DNA from: Actinomycetes bacterium
GTDB lineage: Bacteria; Actinomycetota; CALGFH01
Reading direction: 5' to 3'
Assembly (NCBI GenBank): GCA_044870185.1
Contig: JBIOYL010000033.1
Span: 1-41,749 of the forward strand
Length of the DNA: 41,749 nt
In this document: positions 18,656 through 27,563 of the stretch, piece after piece
How positions within the stretch are numbered: the stretch's first letter is position 1
Layout: each line of letters opens with the position of its first letter
The notes under the pieces: generated by a model
The model's input: the letters and a program-made list of their open reading frames with translations, nothing else
What the model was told of the DNA's origin: nothing
Database searches by the model: none
Position numbers and translations under genes: made by a program

Positions 18656-19120
18656 TCAGCCGAGGTAGCCGAGCGCCTCCAGGTGGGAGGCGACCAGGTC
18701 GGCCTCGTCGGCCGAGTCCACGTCCTGGGTGGGGGCGAGCAGGCCGCGCGCCTCCAGGGCGCCGATCACCCGGTCGGCCGCGTCGTCCACGCCCTCCAGG
18801 CCGGGGCGGGTGACCAGCAGCGGCTCGGGGCCGGGCTCGCCGAGCAGGACCTCGACCGCGGCCGGCGGCCCGTTGCCCTCGGCCTGGCCGGGGACGCCCA
18901 GGGGGATCAGCACGGCCACGCCGTGCCCGGCCAGCCTGCCGGCCACCCAGCGGAGCCGTTCGATCGAGGCGCCGAGCCGGCCGCGCGCCTCCTCCGGGTC
19001 GAGCAGGTCGACCCGTCTGCCCCGGCTGCGCAGGCCGGCCGCAACGGCGCTGGCCAGCGCCCGCGCCGCGGCGTCGGAGGGTCCGGTGAGCCAGAGCACG
19101 AAGCCGGTGTCGTTGGTCAC
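18656..19120 (-). CDS. Degenerate adenylyl-sulfate kinase (CysC)-like protein without P-loop
   Basis: GFVLWLTGPSDAAARALA aligns with [18 protein letters not shown] of the intact CysC in this window; also LAGHGVAVL; C-terminal LEALGYLG tail. Confidence 0.65.
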   Translation of the reverse strand: MTNDTGFVLWLTGPSDAAARALASAVAAGLRSRGRRVDLLDPEEARGRLGASIERLRWVAGRLAGHGVAVLIPLGVPGQAEGNGPPAAVEVLLGEPGPEPLLVTRPGLEGVDDAADRVIGALEARGLLAPTQDVDSADEADLVASHLEALGYLG

Positions 19121-19193
19121 GCGATCACCCTCCCCTGCTGGCCGGGCGGTGGCCGCAGCCCCAGCAGCGCCTGCCAGATTCGGCTCCCAACGC

Positions 19194-19250
19194 AGCCTAG
19201 GAAGTGGTCATCCACCCGCCGAAGCCTCCATCGGCGTACCGGCCGCTACG
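19194..19250 (-). promoter_or_regulatory. CGTA-N8-TACG operator (19235-19250) with TAGGCT -10 box (19199-19194)
   Basis: GGCGTA-N8-TACGCC with 6-bp arms, upstream of the 19120-11229 gene run. Confidence 0.6.
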
Positions 19251-19276
19251 CCTGGGACGGTACTGTGGACGCCAGG

Positions 19277-19314
19277 CGCGCAGGGCGCCGACGCGCAGGG
19301 CGCCGGCGCGCAGG
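19277..19314. repeat. 15-bp tandem repeat, about 2.5 copies (CGCGCAGGGCGCCGR)
   Basis: Read directly from the intergenic sequence. Confidence 0.7.
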
Positions 19315-19315
19315 C

Positions 19316-20224
19316 TCAGGCGAGCAGGGCGCCGTCCAGCAGCTCGGCGCTTGGCCCCGGCGGGCCGGGCTGGAACGTGTAGGCGGGCACCCGGGCACAC
19401 AGTCGCACGAGCGCGTCCATGCCGGCCTCGAAGTCCCGCGGGACCTGGCCAAGGCAGGAGACCAGCCGGAGCAGCGCCTCGCCGGGCCGCAGGGGGTCCA
19501 GGCTCGGCGCTGCATGCCGGGCGCCTGCCTGGACGCCCGCCGGCAGGAACACCAGGGCCGCCACCTCGGCGGCGACCCGGGCCGGTCGTGCGCCCAGCAG
19601 CGCCTCCGGCTCGGCCTGCCACTCGACCGCCCCGCCGGCGGTGCGGAACGGCACGAGCGCGGTGTGCGCCGGGTCGATCGACAGCAGCTCCAGCGCCCGG
19701 CGGCGCAGGCGCAGCGCCTGCGGGAACGGGGCGACCAGCAGGTCGCCGGGGTCGAGCGGGACGGTGCGTTCCGCCAGCAGCCAGGTCCCACGGGCGACCA
19801 TGGCGACGGCGAGCAGCGTCGTCGTGTCGTCGGGCCCGCTCAGCACCACCGCCTGCCCGGCCCGCCCGACCACCGTCCCCTTCAGGTACACCCAGCGGTC
19901 GAGCGGCGGGGCCCACAGGGGCGGGAAGAGCGGCTGCTGGCCCCGCCAGGGATGGACCTGACCGCCGGCGGTGACCGTCACCTCCGCGGCCCGCGGCACC
20001 TCGGCCCCGCCGGCGCCGGTGACGGTGACGGTGACCTCGGCCGGGCCGGGCGGCACCCGGAACGCCCCGTACACGGTCAGCCAGGAGCGCAGCAGCTCGA
20101 CGCTGGCCGTGACCACCCGAATGCGGGTCCCCAGCACCTCGAACACCGCCTGGACGCGGAGGTCACCGTTGGACGAGGCGTCCGAGGGCGTGGCGCTGGC
20201 GTCCCACACCGCGGCGCCGGTCAC
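19316..20224 (-). CDS. HPr kinase-related (HprK/PadeK-like) protein with degenerate Walker A
   Basis: LKGTVVGRAGQAVVLSGPDDTTTLLAVAMVARG matches the HprK-like pattern but lacks GKS/T; PFPQALRLR; GTGA-coupled to the PqqD gene. Confidence 0.6.
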   Translation of the reverse strand: MTGAAVWDASATPSDASSNGDLRVQAVFEVLGTRIRVVTASVELLRSWLTVYGAFRVPPGPAEVTVTVTGAGGAEVPRAAEVTVTAGGQVHPWRGQQPLFPPLWAPPLDRWVYLKGTVVGRAGQAVVLSGPDDTTTLLAVAMVARGTWLLAERTVPLDPGDLLVAPFPQALRLRRRALELLSIDPAHTALVPFRTAGGAVEWQAEPEALLGARPARVAAEVAALVFLPAGVQAGARHAAPSLDPLRPGEALLRLVSCLGQVPRDFEAGMDALVRLCARVPAYTFQPGPPGPSAELLDGALLA

Positions 20225-20571
20225 CGGCGGCCCTCGGTCACGAGGCGGCCCTCGGCCACGGGCCTGCCGTCGGTCACGAGGCGGCCCTCGTCGGTCACGA
20301 GGCGGCCCTCGTCGGTCACGAGCTCGGCCGCCTGCAGGCGGCCGAGCACCCGCTGGCAGCCCGGTGCGGCGACCGTCGGGGAGACGCCATAGCGCCGGGC
20401 CAGCTCGGCAACCACCTCGTCGGCGCTGCGCCGCCCGTCGCACAGCTCCCAGATCGCCCAGGCGGTCGCATTGAGCAGGTAGGCGGCCTTGCCGGCCGCG
20501 TCGATGAGCACGCCATCGCTGCCCAGCCGGCGCTCGAGGACCGGCCGGCGGGCCAGCGGCCTAGCGCTCAT
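20221..20571 (-). CDS. PqqD-family RiPP recognition element (RRE) protein
   Basis: AYLLNATAWAIWELCDGRRSADEVVAELARRY...LQAAELV, the PqqD signature. It is the C-terminal part of the long ORF 20221..22542. Confidence 0.88.
   Translation of the reverse strand: MSARPLARRPVLERRLGSDGVLIDAAGKAAYLLNATAWAIWELCDGRRSADEVVAELARRYGVSPTVAAPGCQRVLGRLQAAELVTDEGRLVTDEGRLVTDGRPVAEGRLVTEGRR
20227..20322. repeat. Imperfect 18-21 bp tandem repeat encoding (L/P)V(T/A)(D)EGR-type units at the PqqD C-terminus
   Basis: GCGGCCCTCGTCGGTCACGAG occurs twice exactly (20281-20322), plus three degenerate copies. Confidence 0.8.
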
Positions 20572-20725
20572 CGGGCGCCGGCGGCGGGTCGCCCGCAGCC
20601 GGCTCGTCCCGCCCCGTATCGAGCAGCACCCAGATGCGCGGCTCGTCCCATGCCTCACGCGGCCCGGCCGGCTCCGCCGGGAGCGGGTCAGGCTGGCTCG
20701 TCCGCCTGCGACTGAGAAGACGCAT
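20561..20725 (-). CDS. 54-aa candidate RRE-binding precursor/leader peptide
   Basis: Below the ORF-track size range. GAGGTG RBS, ATG at 20725. Sequence MRLLSRRRTSQPDPLPAEPAGPREAWDEPRIWVLLDTGRDEPAAGDPPPAPDER with a WxxPxIxxL leader-like motif; its stop overlaps the PqqD start region. Confidence 0.5.
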   Translation of the reverse strand: MRLLSRRRTSQPDPLPAEPAGPREAWDEPRIWVLLDTGRDEPAAGDPPPAPDER

Positions 20726-22457
20726 GCAGCACCTCGCTTTCCACTGGTCGCCGTTTCACCGGCCGCCGGTCGGGGCTGGGCAGGCCGGCTCGGGACGGGA
20801 AGACCGCGCCGACATGGCCGACGTAGGCGCTGCGGCGCAGCTCGTACCGGCTGCTGACCGGGTTGCCGCTGCCGACCAGCGCGGCGCCGACGATCGGCAG
20901 GCCGGCCCGGCGGAACCCGCCGGCCAGCTCCCGGAGCCGACGCCAGCGGCTCACCCCGGCGCGGGCGACGAGCAGCACCGCGTCGGCCGCGCCGGCCAGC
21001 GTGACCGCGTCGGCCAGCGAGCCGGCCGGCGGGGTGTCGATCAGCACCGTCCAGCCGATCTCCCGCAGCGACCAGATCAGCTCGCGGAGCCGGGCCACGA
21101 ACAACAGCTCGGCCGGATTGCGGGAGGTCACCCCGGCCGGCAGGACCAGCAGGTTGCAGCGCACCGACACCAGCCGCGCGACCGGGTCGGTGTCGTCGCC
21201 CTGCAGCAGCTCGGCCAGGCCTGGCCGGTGTGGCTCGAGCCGGAAGATGCGCTCGACATCGGGGTGGCGCAGGTCGCCGGAGACGACGACCACATGCCGG
21301 CCCTTGTGGGAGAGTGCGTCGGCCAGGTTGGCGACCAGGGTCGACTTGCCCTCGCGGCGGTCGGTCGAGGTGACCACGAGGACGCGGAGGTCGCGCCCGA
21401 GCCCTCGGGCCTCGAGCTTGGCGGCGAGCTTGCGGAAGCCCTCGGCGGCCGGGCTGAACGGACGCTGCACCACCGCGATCGGCTTGCGGCGCGTGACCCC
21501 GGCCGCCGGGACCGCCTCGATCGGCTCGACGCCGGTGGCCCGCTCCACATCCCGCAGGGTCAGCACCTTGGGGCGGACGGCTTCGGTGACGAGCGCCAGG
21601 CCGGCGCCCGCGAGCAGCCCGAGCAGCAGGCTGAGCGCGACGTACACCGGAGCACTGAGCGGCTGGCCGGCCACCATCACCACGGCCGGGCCGAGCACCG
21701 CCGTCGGCTGGCCGAGGAACAGCAGCTGGCGGCGGATGCCGTCGATGACGGCGGTCTGCGACCGCCAGTGGTCGGTCGCCAGCCGCAGCTCGGTGGAGGT
21801 GGCGGTGCTGGCGGGCCGGTGCAGGTACGGGTTGGCTTCCCGGTCGGCCTGCTGGGCCAGGCCGGCGATCTGGGCTTTCAGGCTGTCGGCTCGGCGCTGG
21901 AGCTGCTGCAGGCCGGCCGCGGTGAGGGCGGCGTCGGCCGTGTTGCGGCGCCGGACGAGCTCGCCCGCGTAGGCCTGGACGACCCGGGCGGCGCGGGCCT
22001 GATCGCCGTCCACGTAGGACAGGTCCACCTGGGTGGAGCCGGGCACCGGGGTGGCGACGATCGCGTCGGCGAGCGCTCCCGCCCACCGCACTTTCGGCTG
22101 GTCGGCCACGGCCGCCAGCCGGGGCGCGTCCCGGCCGAGCTGGCGCAGCACCGCCCCGGCCACGCGCACGTCGCGCAAGGGGCTCTCCGGCGTGGTGGCC
22201 GGCTTCGTCGGCGCGAGCCCGGGCTGACCGGCGGCCCCCGACGGGCTGAGCACGGTCGAGGTCAACGGCCGGACGTCCACCCGGATGGTGGCCCGATAGG
22301 TGAACTGCGGGCCGACCTTGGGCAGGACGGTGAAGCCGAGGGCGAGCCCGGCGAGCAAACCGAGCCCGACCAGGATCCTCCGCCGCCACAGCGAGCGGGC
22401 GTAGTCGGCCAGGGTCGGGGCAGTGCGGGTGGGGTCGGGCGTGCTGCGGGCGGTCAT
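20688..22457 (-). CDS. Polysaccharide co-polymerase / BY-kinase-like protein (Wzc/CapB-like)
   Basis: LADYARSLWRRR plus TM, coiled region, second TM, then SPAAEGFRKL, Walker A REGKST, DLRHP and LIDTPP. Confidence 0.88.
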   Translation of the reverse strand: MTARSTPDPTRTAPTLADYARSLWRRRILVGLGLLAGLALGFTVLPKVGPQFTYRATIRVDVRPLTSTVLSPSGAAGQPGLAPTKPATTPESPLRDVRVAGAVLRQLGRDAPRLAAVADQPKVRWAGALADAIVATPVPGSTQVDLSYVDGDQARAARVVQAYAGELVRRRNTADAALTAAGLQQLQRRADSLKAQIAGLAQQADREANPYLHRPASTATSTELRLATDHWRSQTAVIDGIRRQLLFLGQPTAVLGPAVVMVAGQPLSAPVYVALSLLLGLLAGAGLALVTEAVRPKVLTLRDVERATGVEPIEAVPAAGVTRRKPIAVVQRPFSPAAEGFRKLAAKLEARGLGRDLRVLVVTSTDRREGKSTLVANLADALSHKGRHVVVVSGDLRHPDVERIFRLEPHRPGLAELLQGDDTDPVARLVSVRCNLLVLPAGVTSRNPAELLFVARLRELIWSLREIGWTVLIDTPPAGSLADAVTLAGAADAVLLVARAGVSRWRRLRELAGGFRRAGLPIVGAALVGSGNPVSSRYELRRSAYVGHVGAVFPSRAGLPSPDRRPVKRRPVESEVLHASSQSQADEPA

Positions 22458-22553
22458 CGAGCCTCCTTGTCCTCCTCCCGGGATCCTTCCCTCCCGAGCA
22501 GGCAGCGGTCTGCCGCCTGGCCAGGGCTCGGCGGTCCCGCACTCGCCACCAGG

Positions 22554-23207
22554 TCAGGTGGCGCCCGGCAGCTCGCTCGCCCGCTCCATGGCCAAGGTGG
22601 CAGCCTCCAGCCTGGAGTGGAGCTCGAGCTTCTCGAGAATGTTCTGGATGTGGGTGCGGACCGTATGCGGGCTGATGTACAGGACGCTGCCGATCGAGTC
22701 GTTGTCCCAGCCCCGGCCGAGCAGGGCGAGCACCTCACGTTCGCGCAGCGACAGCCGGTTGACCGGGGACTCGGCGGCGCGGTGCTCCGCGTCGACGAGC
22801 CGCCGGAAGGCCTCCGGGAGGGTGGCGCGGGGCACCAGGCCGTCGTCGCCGAGCGCGGCCTCCACCGCCGACAGGACGGTGCTGGCCCCGCTCGTCTTGA
22901 GGACCACGCCGACCGCGCCGGCGCTGACCGCGGTCACCACCAGCTGCAGGTTCATCTTGAGGGACAGCACCAGCGCCTTGATGGTGTCCTGGTCGGCGAG
23001 GACCTGCTCGAGCAGGGGCGGCTCGCCCACCAGGGCCAGCTCGACGTCGATCAGCACCAGGTCGGGGCAGCACCGCCGGACGGCCGGCAGGACGGCCTCC
23101 CGTGAGGAGCATCGGCCGGCCACCTCATGACGCCCGCCACGCACGAGCAGCGTCTCCAGCGCGTCGTTGAACAGCGGCTGGCGGTCGGCCAGCAGCACCC
23201 TCGCCAT
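22554..23207 (-). CDS. NarL/LuxR-family response regulator
   Basis: Receiver domain (RVLLAD, LVLID) plus LuxR HTH (LSLREREVL...ISPHTVRTHIQNILEKL); G-rich RBS before ATG 23207. Confidence 0.9.
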   Translation of the reverse strand: MARVLLADRQPLFNDALETLLVRGGRHEVAGRCSSREAVLPAVRRCCPDLVLIDVELALVGEPPLLEQVLADQDTIKALVLSLKMNLQLVVTAVSAGAVGVVLKTSGASTVLSAVEAALGDDGLVPRATLPEAFRRLVDAEHRAAESPVNRLSLREREVLALLGRGWDNDSIGSVLYISPHTVRTHIQNILEKLELHSRLEAATLAMERASELPGAT

Positions 23208-23394
23208 GCTCCCCCCCTGACGGTCGCCGACGTGTGCGCCGACGGCCTGCGCAGTGGACGACCCAGCGGAACCGTACGCAGCGTCTCCATCCGTCACATC
23301 CGGCTCATGCGTCCAGCGCAGTAGCATACGCTACGGTGACGGGGGGATTTTCCCAGCACCGCTGAAACGGGCCACTCCACCAGGCCCGGCGGGG

Positions 23395-23428
23395 CGGCCC
23401 GGCGGGTCTGGGTCACGCCGCCGGGCCG
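23395..23428. repeat. Inverted repeat (11-bp stem, 12-nt loop) between divergent genes
   Basis: CGGCCCGGCGG ... CCGCCGGGCCG. Confidence 0.45.
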
Positions 23429-23503
23429 GTCGGCGCCGGCGGGCAGCCGTCCCACGCCGGACGCTGTAGGGTGAGGCTGCAACCGCCGCCGAGGAGCATG
23501 GTG

Positions 23504-24142
23504 ATGCGAACCAGGGACATCATGACCAGCCCCCCGATCACGGTGACGCCCGATGCGCACGTCAAGGAGGTCGCCGACCTCCTTGTCAGGCGCCAGGTCA
23601 GCGCCCTGCCGGTGGTGGAGGAAGGCCGGCTGGTCGGCATCGTGTCCGAAGCCGACCTGGTCCCGCTGGAGGCGGTGGCCGACCTGCGGGCCCACGCCAT
23701 CCGCAAGCCCGGGCCCGCCGCCCGCGCGCCCCGGCTCGTGCGCGAGGTGATGACCCGCGACGTGCTCGCGCTGCCGCCGGACGCCGACGCCGCCGACGCC
23801 GCCCGGCTCATGCTCGCCCACGGGGTGAAGAGCATCCCGATCGTGTCGGGCCCCCACGTGGTCGGCATCGTCAGCCGACGGGACCTCCTCAAGGTGCTGG
23901 CCCGGGACGACCGGGACATCCGCAACGAGCTGCTCGTCCTGCTGGAGGGCGAGCTCGGGACGCTGGAGGGGGTCAGCGTCGACGTCCGCGACGGCTCGGT
24001 CACGCTCGCGGGGCCGCTCGACCCGCCGGACCGCAAGCTCGCCGAGCTGCTGGCCAGGACCGTGCCCGGCGTCGTCGGGGTCACCTTTTCGGGTGCGGCC
24101 GGCGCCCCGGCCGGCGGCGGCGCCGGCAGCCCGGCCGGCTAG
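23504..24142 (+). CDS. CBS-pair plus BON domain protein
   Basis: RDIMTSPPITV, LPVVEEGRLVGIVSEADL, GIVSRRDLL; C-terminal VDVRDGSVTLAG...VPGVVGV. Confidence 0.88.
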   Translation: MRTRDIMTSPPITVTPDAHVKEVADLLVRRQVSALPVVEEGRLVGIVSEADLVPLEAVADLRAHAIRKPGPAARAPRLVREVMTRDVLALPPDADAADAARLMLAHGVKSIPIVSGPHVVGIVSRRDLLKVLARDDRDIRNELLVLLEGELGTLEGVSVDVRDGSVTLAGPLDPPDRKLAELLARTVPGVVGVTFSGAAGAPAGGGAGSPAG

Positions 24143-24148
24143 ACGACG

Positions 24149-26887
24149 ATGGCCACCGGCAGGCTCGCCGCCCGACCCTACCCGGCCTACCGCGAGGCCG
24201 ACGTGGTCCTGCGCGACGGGTCGACCATCCACATCCGGCCGGCCCGGCCGGCCGACGCCCCGGCCGTGCGGTCGTTCCTGGAGGGCCTGTCCGACCAGGC
24301 CCGGGCGTTGCGCTTCTTCTCCGCCTTCCCGGACCTGGACCGCGCGGTCGCCTGGGCCACCGAGGTGGACTACGACCGGCGCTACGGGCTGCTGGCCATC
24401 GTCGGCCGCGACGGCAGGGTCGTCGCCCACGCCGGCTACGAGCGCCAGGACGACCAGCCGGAGGCGGCGGAGGTCGCCTTCGCCGTCGCCGACGCCTTCC
24501 AGGGCAAGGGGCTCGGCACGATCCTGCTCGGCCACCTGGCCGAGATCGCCCAGGACGCCGGCGTGACCCGCTTCGGCGCCGAGGTGCTGCCCGAAAACCA
24601 CCAGATGGTGCAGGTCTTCCGCGACAGCGGCTTCCCGGTGCAGCTGCAGTCGGCGCCCGGCGTCATCCTGGTGGAGTTCCCGACCTCGCTGTCGCCCGCG
24701 GCGCTGGAGCGGTTCGAGCGGCGCGAGCAGAGCGCCGCCGTGGCCGCCCTGCGCACCTTCCTGGCCCCCCGCTCGGTGGCCGTCATCGGCGCCTCGCGCA
24801 GCCGCGGCGGCGTGGCCGGCGAGACGTTCCACAACCTGCTTGCGGCCGGCTTCAACGGCCCCGTCTACCCGGTCAACCCGCATGCCACGGTGGTGCAGTC
24901 CGTGGTCGCCTACCCGTCGGTCATCGACGTGCCCGGCCCGGTCGACCTGGCGGTGATCGTGGTGCCGGCGGCCAGCGTGGTCGCGGTGGCCAGGGACTGC
25001 GCGGCCAAGGGCGTGCGCGGGCTGGTGGTGATCTCGGCCGGGTTCGCCGAGACCGGCCCCGAGGGCGCCGAGCGGCAGGCCGAGCTGCTCCGGGTGTGCC
25101 GGGAGGCGGGCATGCGCCTGATCGGCCCCAACTGCCTGGGGGTGATGAACACCCACCCGGACGTGCGCCTGGACGCCACCTTCGGGCGGAACCTCGCGGT
25201 CGGCGGACGGGTCGGGTTCCTGTCCCAGAGCGGTGGGCTCGGCCTGGCCATCCTCGACCACGCCAACGCGCTCGGGCTCGGGCTGTCGTCGTTCGTGTCG
25301 GTCGGCAACAAGGCCGACGTGTCCAGCAACGACCTGCTCAACTACTGGGAGGCCGACCCCGACACCGACCTGGTGCTGCTGTACCTGGAGTCGTTCGGCA
25401 ACCCGCGCAAGTTCGGCCGCATCGCCCGGCGGGTGGCGCACACCAAGCCGATCGTGGCCGTGAAGAGCGGGCGCTCGGTGGCCGGCGCCCGCGCCTCCTC
25501 GTCCCACACAGGGGCGTTGCTGGCCGCCGCCGACCTCACCGTCGACGCCCTGTTCGGCCAGGCCGGCGTCATCCGCACCGACACGCTGTCGGAGCTGTTC
25601 GAGGTGGCCTCCCTGCTGGCCAGCCAGCCCCACCCGCGCGGGCGGCGGGTCGGGATCGTGACCAACGTCGGCGGCCCCGGCATCCTGTGCGCCGACGCCT
25701 GCGCGGCCGGCGGTCTGCAGGTCGTCGGGCTGTCGGGCGAGCTGCGCGGCCGGCTGGCCGCGGTGCTGCCGGCCGAGGCGTCGGTCGCCAACCCGGTCGA
25801 CATGCTGGCCGACGCCCCGCCCGAGCACTACCGGCAGGCGATCGAGCTGCTGGCCGCCTCCGGCGAGGTCGACGCGCTGATCGTCATCTTCATCCCGCCG
25901 CTGGTGGTGCGATCCGGCGAGGTGGCCGAGGCGATCCGGACGGCGGTCGCCTCGTCCTGCCAGGACCTGCCCGTGCTGGCGGTGTTCATGTCGGCCAGCG
26001 GGATCCCGCCCGAGCTGCACGGCGGCGACGTGCGCATCCCGTCCTGCGCCTTCCCCGAGGACGCGGCCCGTGCGCTGGCCCATGCCGCCGACTATGGCGC
26101 CTGGCTGGCCCGGCCCGCCGGGCAGGTGCCCGAGTTCCCCGACGTCCGCCGCGACGAGGCGGCGGCGGTGGTGGCCGCGGCGCTGCGTGAGGGCCCGCGC
26201 TGGCTGCGGCCCGACGAGGTCGCCGGCCTGCTCGGCTGCTACCGGCTGCCGCTGGCCGACTGGCGGCTTGCCGCCACCCCGGCCGAGGCCGGTGCCGCCG
26301 CCGACGACCTGGGCGGGCCGGTCGCGCTCAAGGCGGTCGCGCCCACCCTGATCCACAAGACCGAGGCGCAGGGGGTGCGGCTCGACCTGGTCGGCGCCGA
26401 CCAGGTCGCCCGGGCGGCCGGCGAGCTGCAGGCGGCGGTCGCGGCGGCTGGCCACCGGGTGGAGCGCTTCCTCGTCCAGCGCATGATCGAGGGCGGGGTG
26501 GAGATGCTCGTCGGGGTCGTCCACGACCCCTCCTTCGGCCCGGTGGTGGCCTGCGGTGCCGGCGGCATGGTGGTGGAGCTGGTCAAGGACGCGGCGGTGC
26601 GGATCACCCCGCTGACCACCACCGATGCGGCCGAGATGGTGCGCTCGCTGGCCTCGTTCCCGCTGCTGGACGGCTACCGTGGCGCGCCCAAGGCCGACGT
26701 GGCCGCGCTGGAGGAGCTGCTGCTGCGGGTGAGCGCCCTGGCCGAGGAGCATCCCGAGGTGGCCGAGCTGGACTGCAACCCGGTGATGGTGCTGCCAGAG
26801 GGCACCGTGATCGTGGACGCGCGCGTGCGGGTCGAGGCGGGCGAGCCGCCCGCCCCGCTCGCCGCCCGGCGGCGCCTGGCCCGGTAG
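24149..26887 (+). CDS. GNAT / CoA-binding / ATP-grasp protein lysine acetyltransferase (Pat type, N-terminal GNAT)
   Basis: GNAT motif FQGKGLGT; NDP-forming acyl-CoA synthetase-like domains GPNCLG, SQSGG, SVGNKAD, LYLESFGN, HKTE, DCNP. Confidence 0.9.
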   Translation: MATGRLAARPYPAYREADVVLRDGSTIHIRPARPADAPAVRSFLEGLSDQARALRFFSAFPDLDRAVAWATEVDYDRRYGLLAIVGRDGRVVAHAGYERQDDQPEAAEVAFAVADAFQGKGLGTILLGHLAEIAQDAGVTRFGAEVLPENHQMVQVFRDSGFPVQLQSAPGVILVEFPTSLSPAALERFERREQSAAVAALRTFLAPRSVAVIGASRSRGGVAGETFHNLLAAGFNGPVYPVNPHATVVQSVVAYPSVIDVPGPVDLAVIVVPAASVVAVARDCAAKGVRGLVVISAGFAETGPEGAERQAELLRVCREAGMRLIGPNCLGVMNTHPDVRLDATFGRNLAVGGRVGFLSQSGGLGLAILDHANALGLGLSSFVSVGNKADVSSNDLLNYWEADPDTDLVLLYLESFGNPRKFGRIARRVAHTKPIVAVKSGRSVAGARASSSHTGALLAAADLTVDALFGQAGVIRTDTLSELFEVASLLASQPHPRGRRVGIVTNVGGPGILCADACAAGGLQVVGLSGELRGRLAAVLPAEASVANPVDMLADAPPEHYRQAIELLAASGEVDALIVIFIPPLVVRSGEVAEAIRTAVASSCQDLPVLAVFMSASGIPPELHGGDVRIPSCAFPEDAARALAHAADYGAWLARPAGQVPEFPDVRRDEAAAVVAAALREGPRWLRPDEVAGLLGCYRLPLADWRLAATPAEAGAAADDLGGPVALKAVAPTLIHKTEAQGVRLDLVGADQVARAAGELQAAVAAAGHRVERFLVQRMIEGGVEMLVGVVHDPSFGPVVACGAGGMVVELVKDAAVRITPLTTTDAAEMVRSLASFPLLDGYRGAPKADVAALEELLLRVSALAEEHPEVAELDCNPVMVLPEGTVIVDARVRVEAGEPPAPLAARRRLAR

Positions 26888-26903
26888 GCCCTTGGGCCTG
26901 CCT

Positions 26904-27563
26904 TCAGGCGCCCGGGGTGGTGGTGTGGCGGGCCAGGTAGGCGGCCGCCTCGGCGCGGCGGGCGACCTCGAGCTTGGTCAGGATGCTCGACACGTAGTTC
27001 TTGACCGTCTTCTCGGCCAGGTGGAGCTCCTCGCCGATCTGCTTGTTGGTCCGGCCGGCCGCCACCAGCGCCAGGATGCGCTCCTCCTGCGGCGACAGGC
27101 GGGCGAGCCGCTCGTCCTTGAGCAGATGCTTGCCCTTGCGCAGCCGGTCGAGCACGCCCTTGGTGACGGCGGGGTCGAGCAGGCTCTGGCCCTGGCCCAC
27201 CGCGCGGATCGCACGGACCAGCTCGCCGCCCTTGATCTGCTTGAGGATGTAGCCTGCGGCACCGGCCATGATCGAGGCGAACAGCGCCTCGTCGTCGGCG
27301 AACGAGGTGAGCATGAGCACCTGCGTCTGCGGGCGGGCGGCCCGGATGTCCCGCGTGGCCTCGATGCCGCTGCCGTCCGACAGGCGCACGTCCATCACGA
27401 CCACGTCGGGCAGCGCCCGCTCGGCCTCGGCGACCGCCTCCCGGACCGAACCGGCCTCGGCGCACACGACGATGTCCTCGGTGCCAGCCAGCAGCGCCTT
27501 GATGCCGTCGCGTACGACCTCGTGGTCGTCGACCAGCATCACCCGCAGCGGGATCTTGTCCAT
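26904..27563 (-). CDS. NarL/DevR-like response regulator
   Basis: VDDHEVVR, VMDVRL, LTSF, YILK; HTH LAEKTVKNYVSSIL. Confidence 0.92.
   Translation of the reverse strand: MDKIPLRVMLVDDHEVVRDGIKALLAGTEDIVVCAEAGSVREAVAEAERALPDVVVMDVRLSDGSGIEATRDIRAARPQTQVLMLTSFADDEALFASIMAGAAGYILKQIKGGELVRAIRAVGQGQSLLDPAVTKGVLDRLRKGKHLLKDERLARLSPQEERILALVAAGRTNKQIGEELHLAEKTVKNYVSSILTKLEVARRAEAAAYLARHTTTPGA

Noticed and set aside
20227-20322. Possible CRISPR array
   Set aside because: The repeats are contiguous and in-frame with no unique spacers, and no cas genes are present.
19316-20725. Complete lasso peptide or PQQ biosynthesis cluster
   Set aside because: No asparagine synthetase-like cyclase, transglutaminase-like protease or pqqBCE genes are in the window.
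23340-23355. DevR/DosR box upstream of the CBS-BON gene
   Set aside because: GGGATTTTCCC is only a short partial resemblance.
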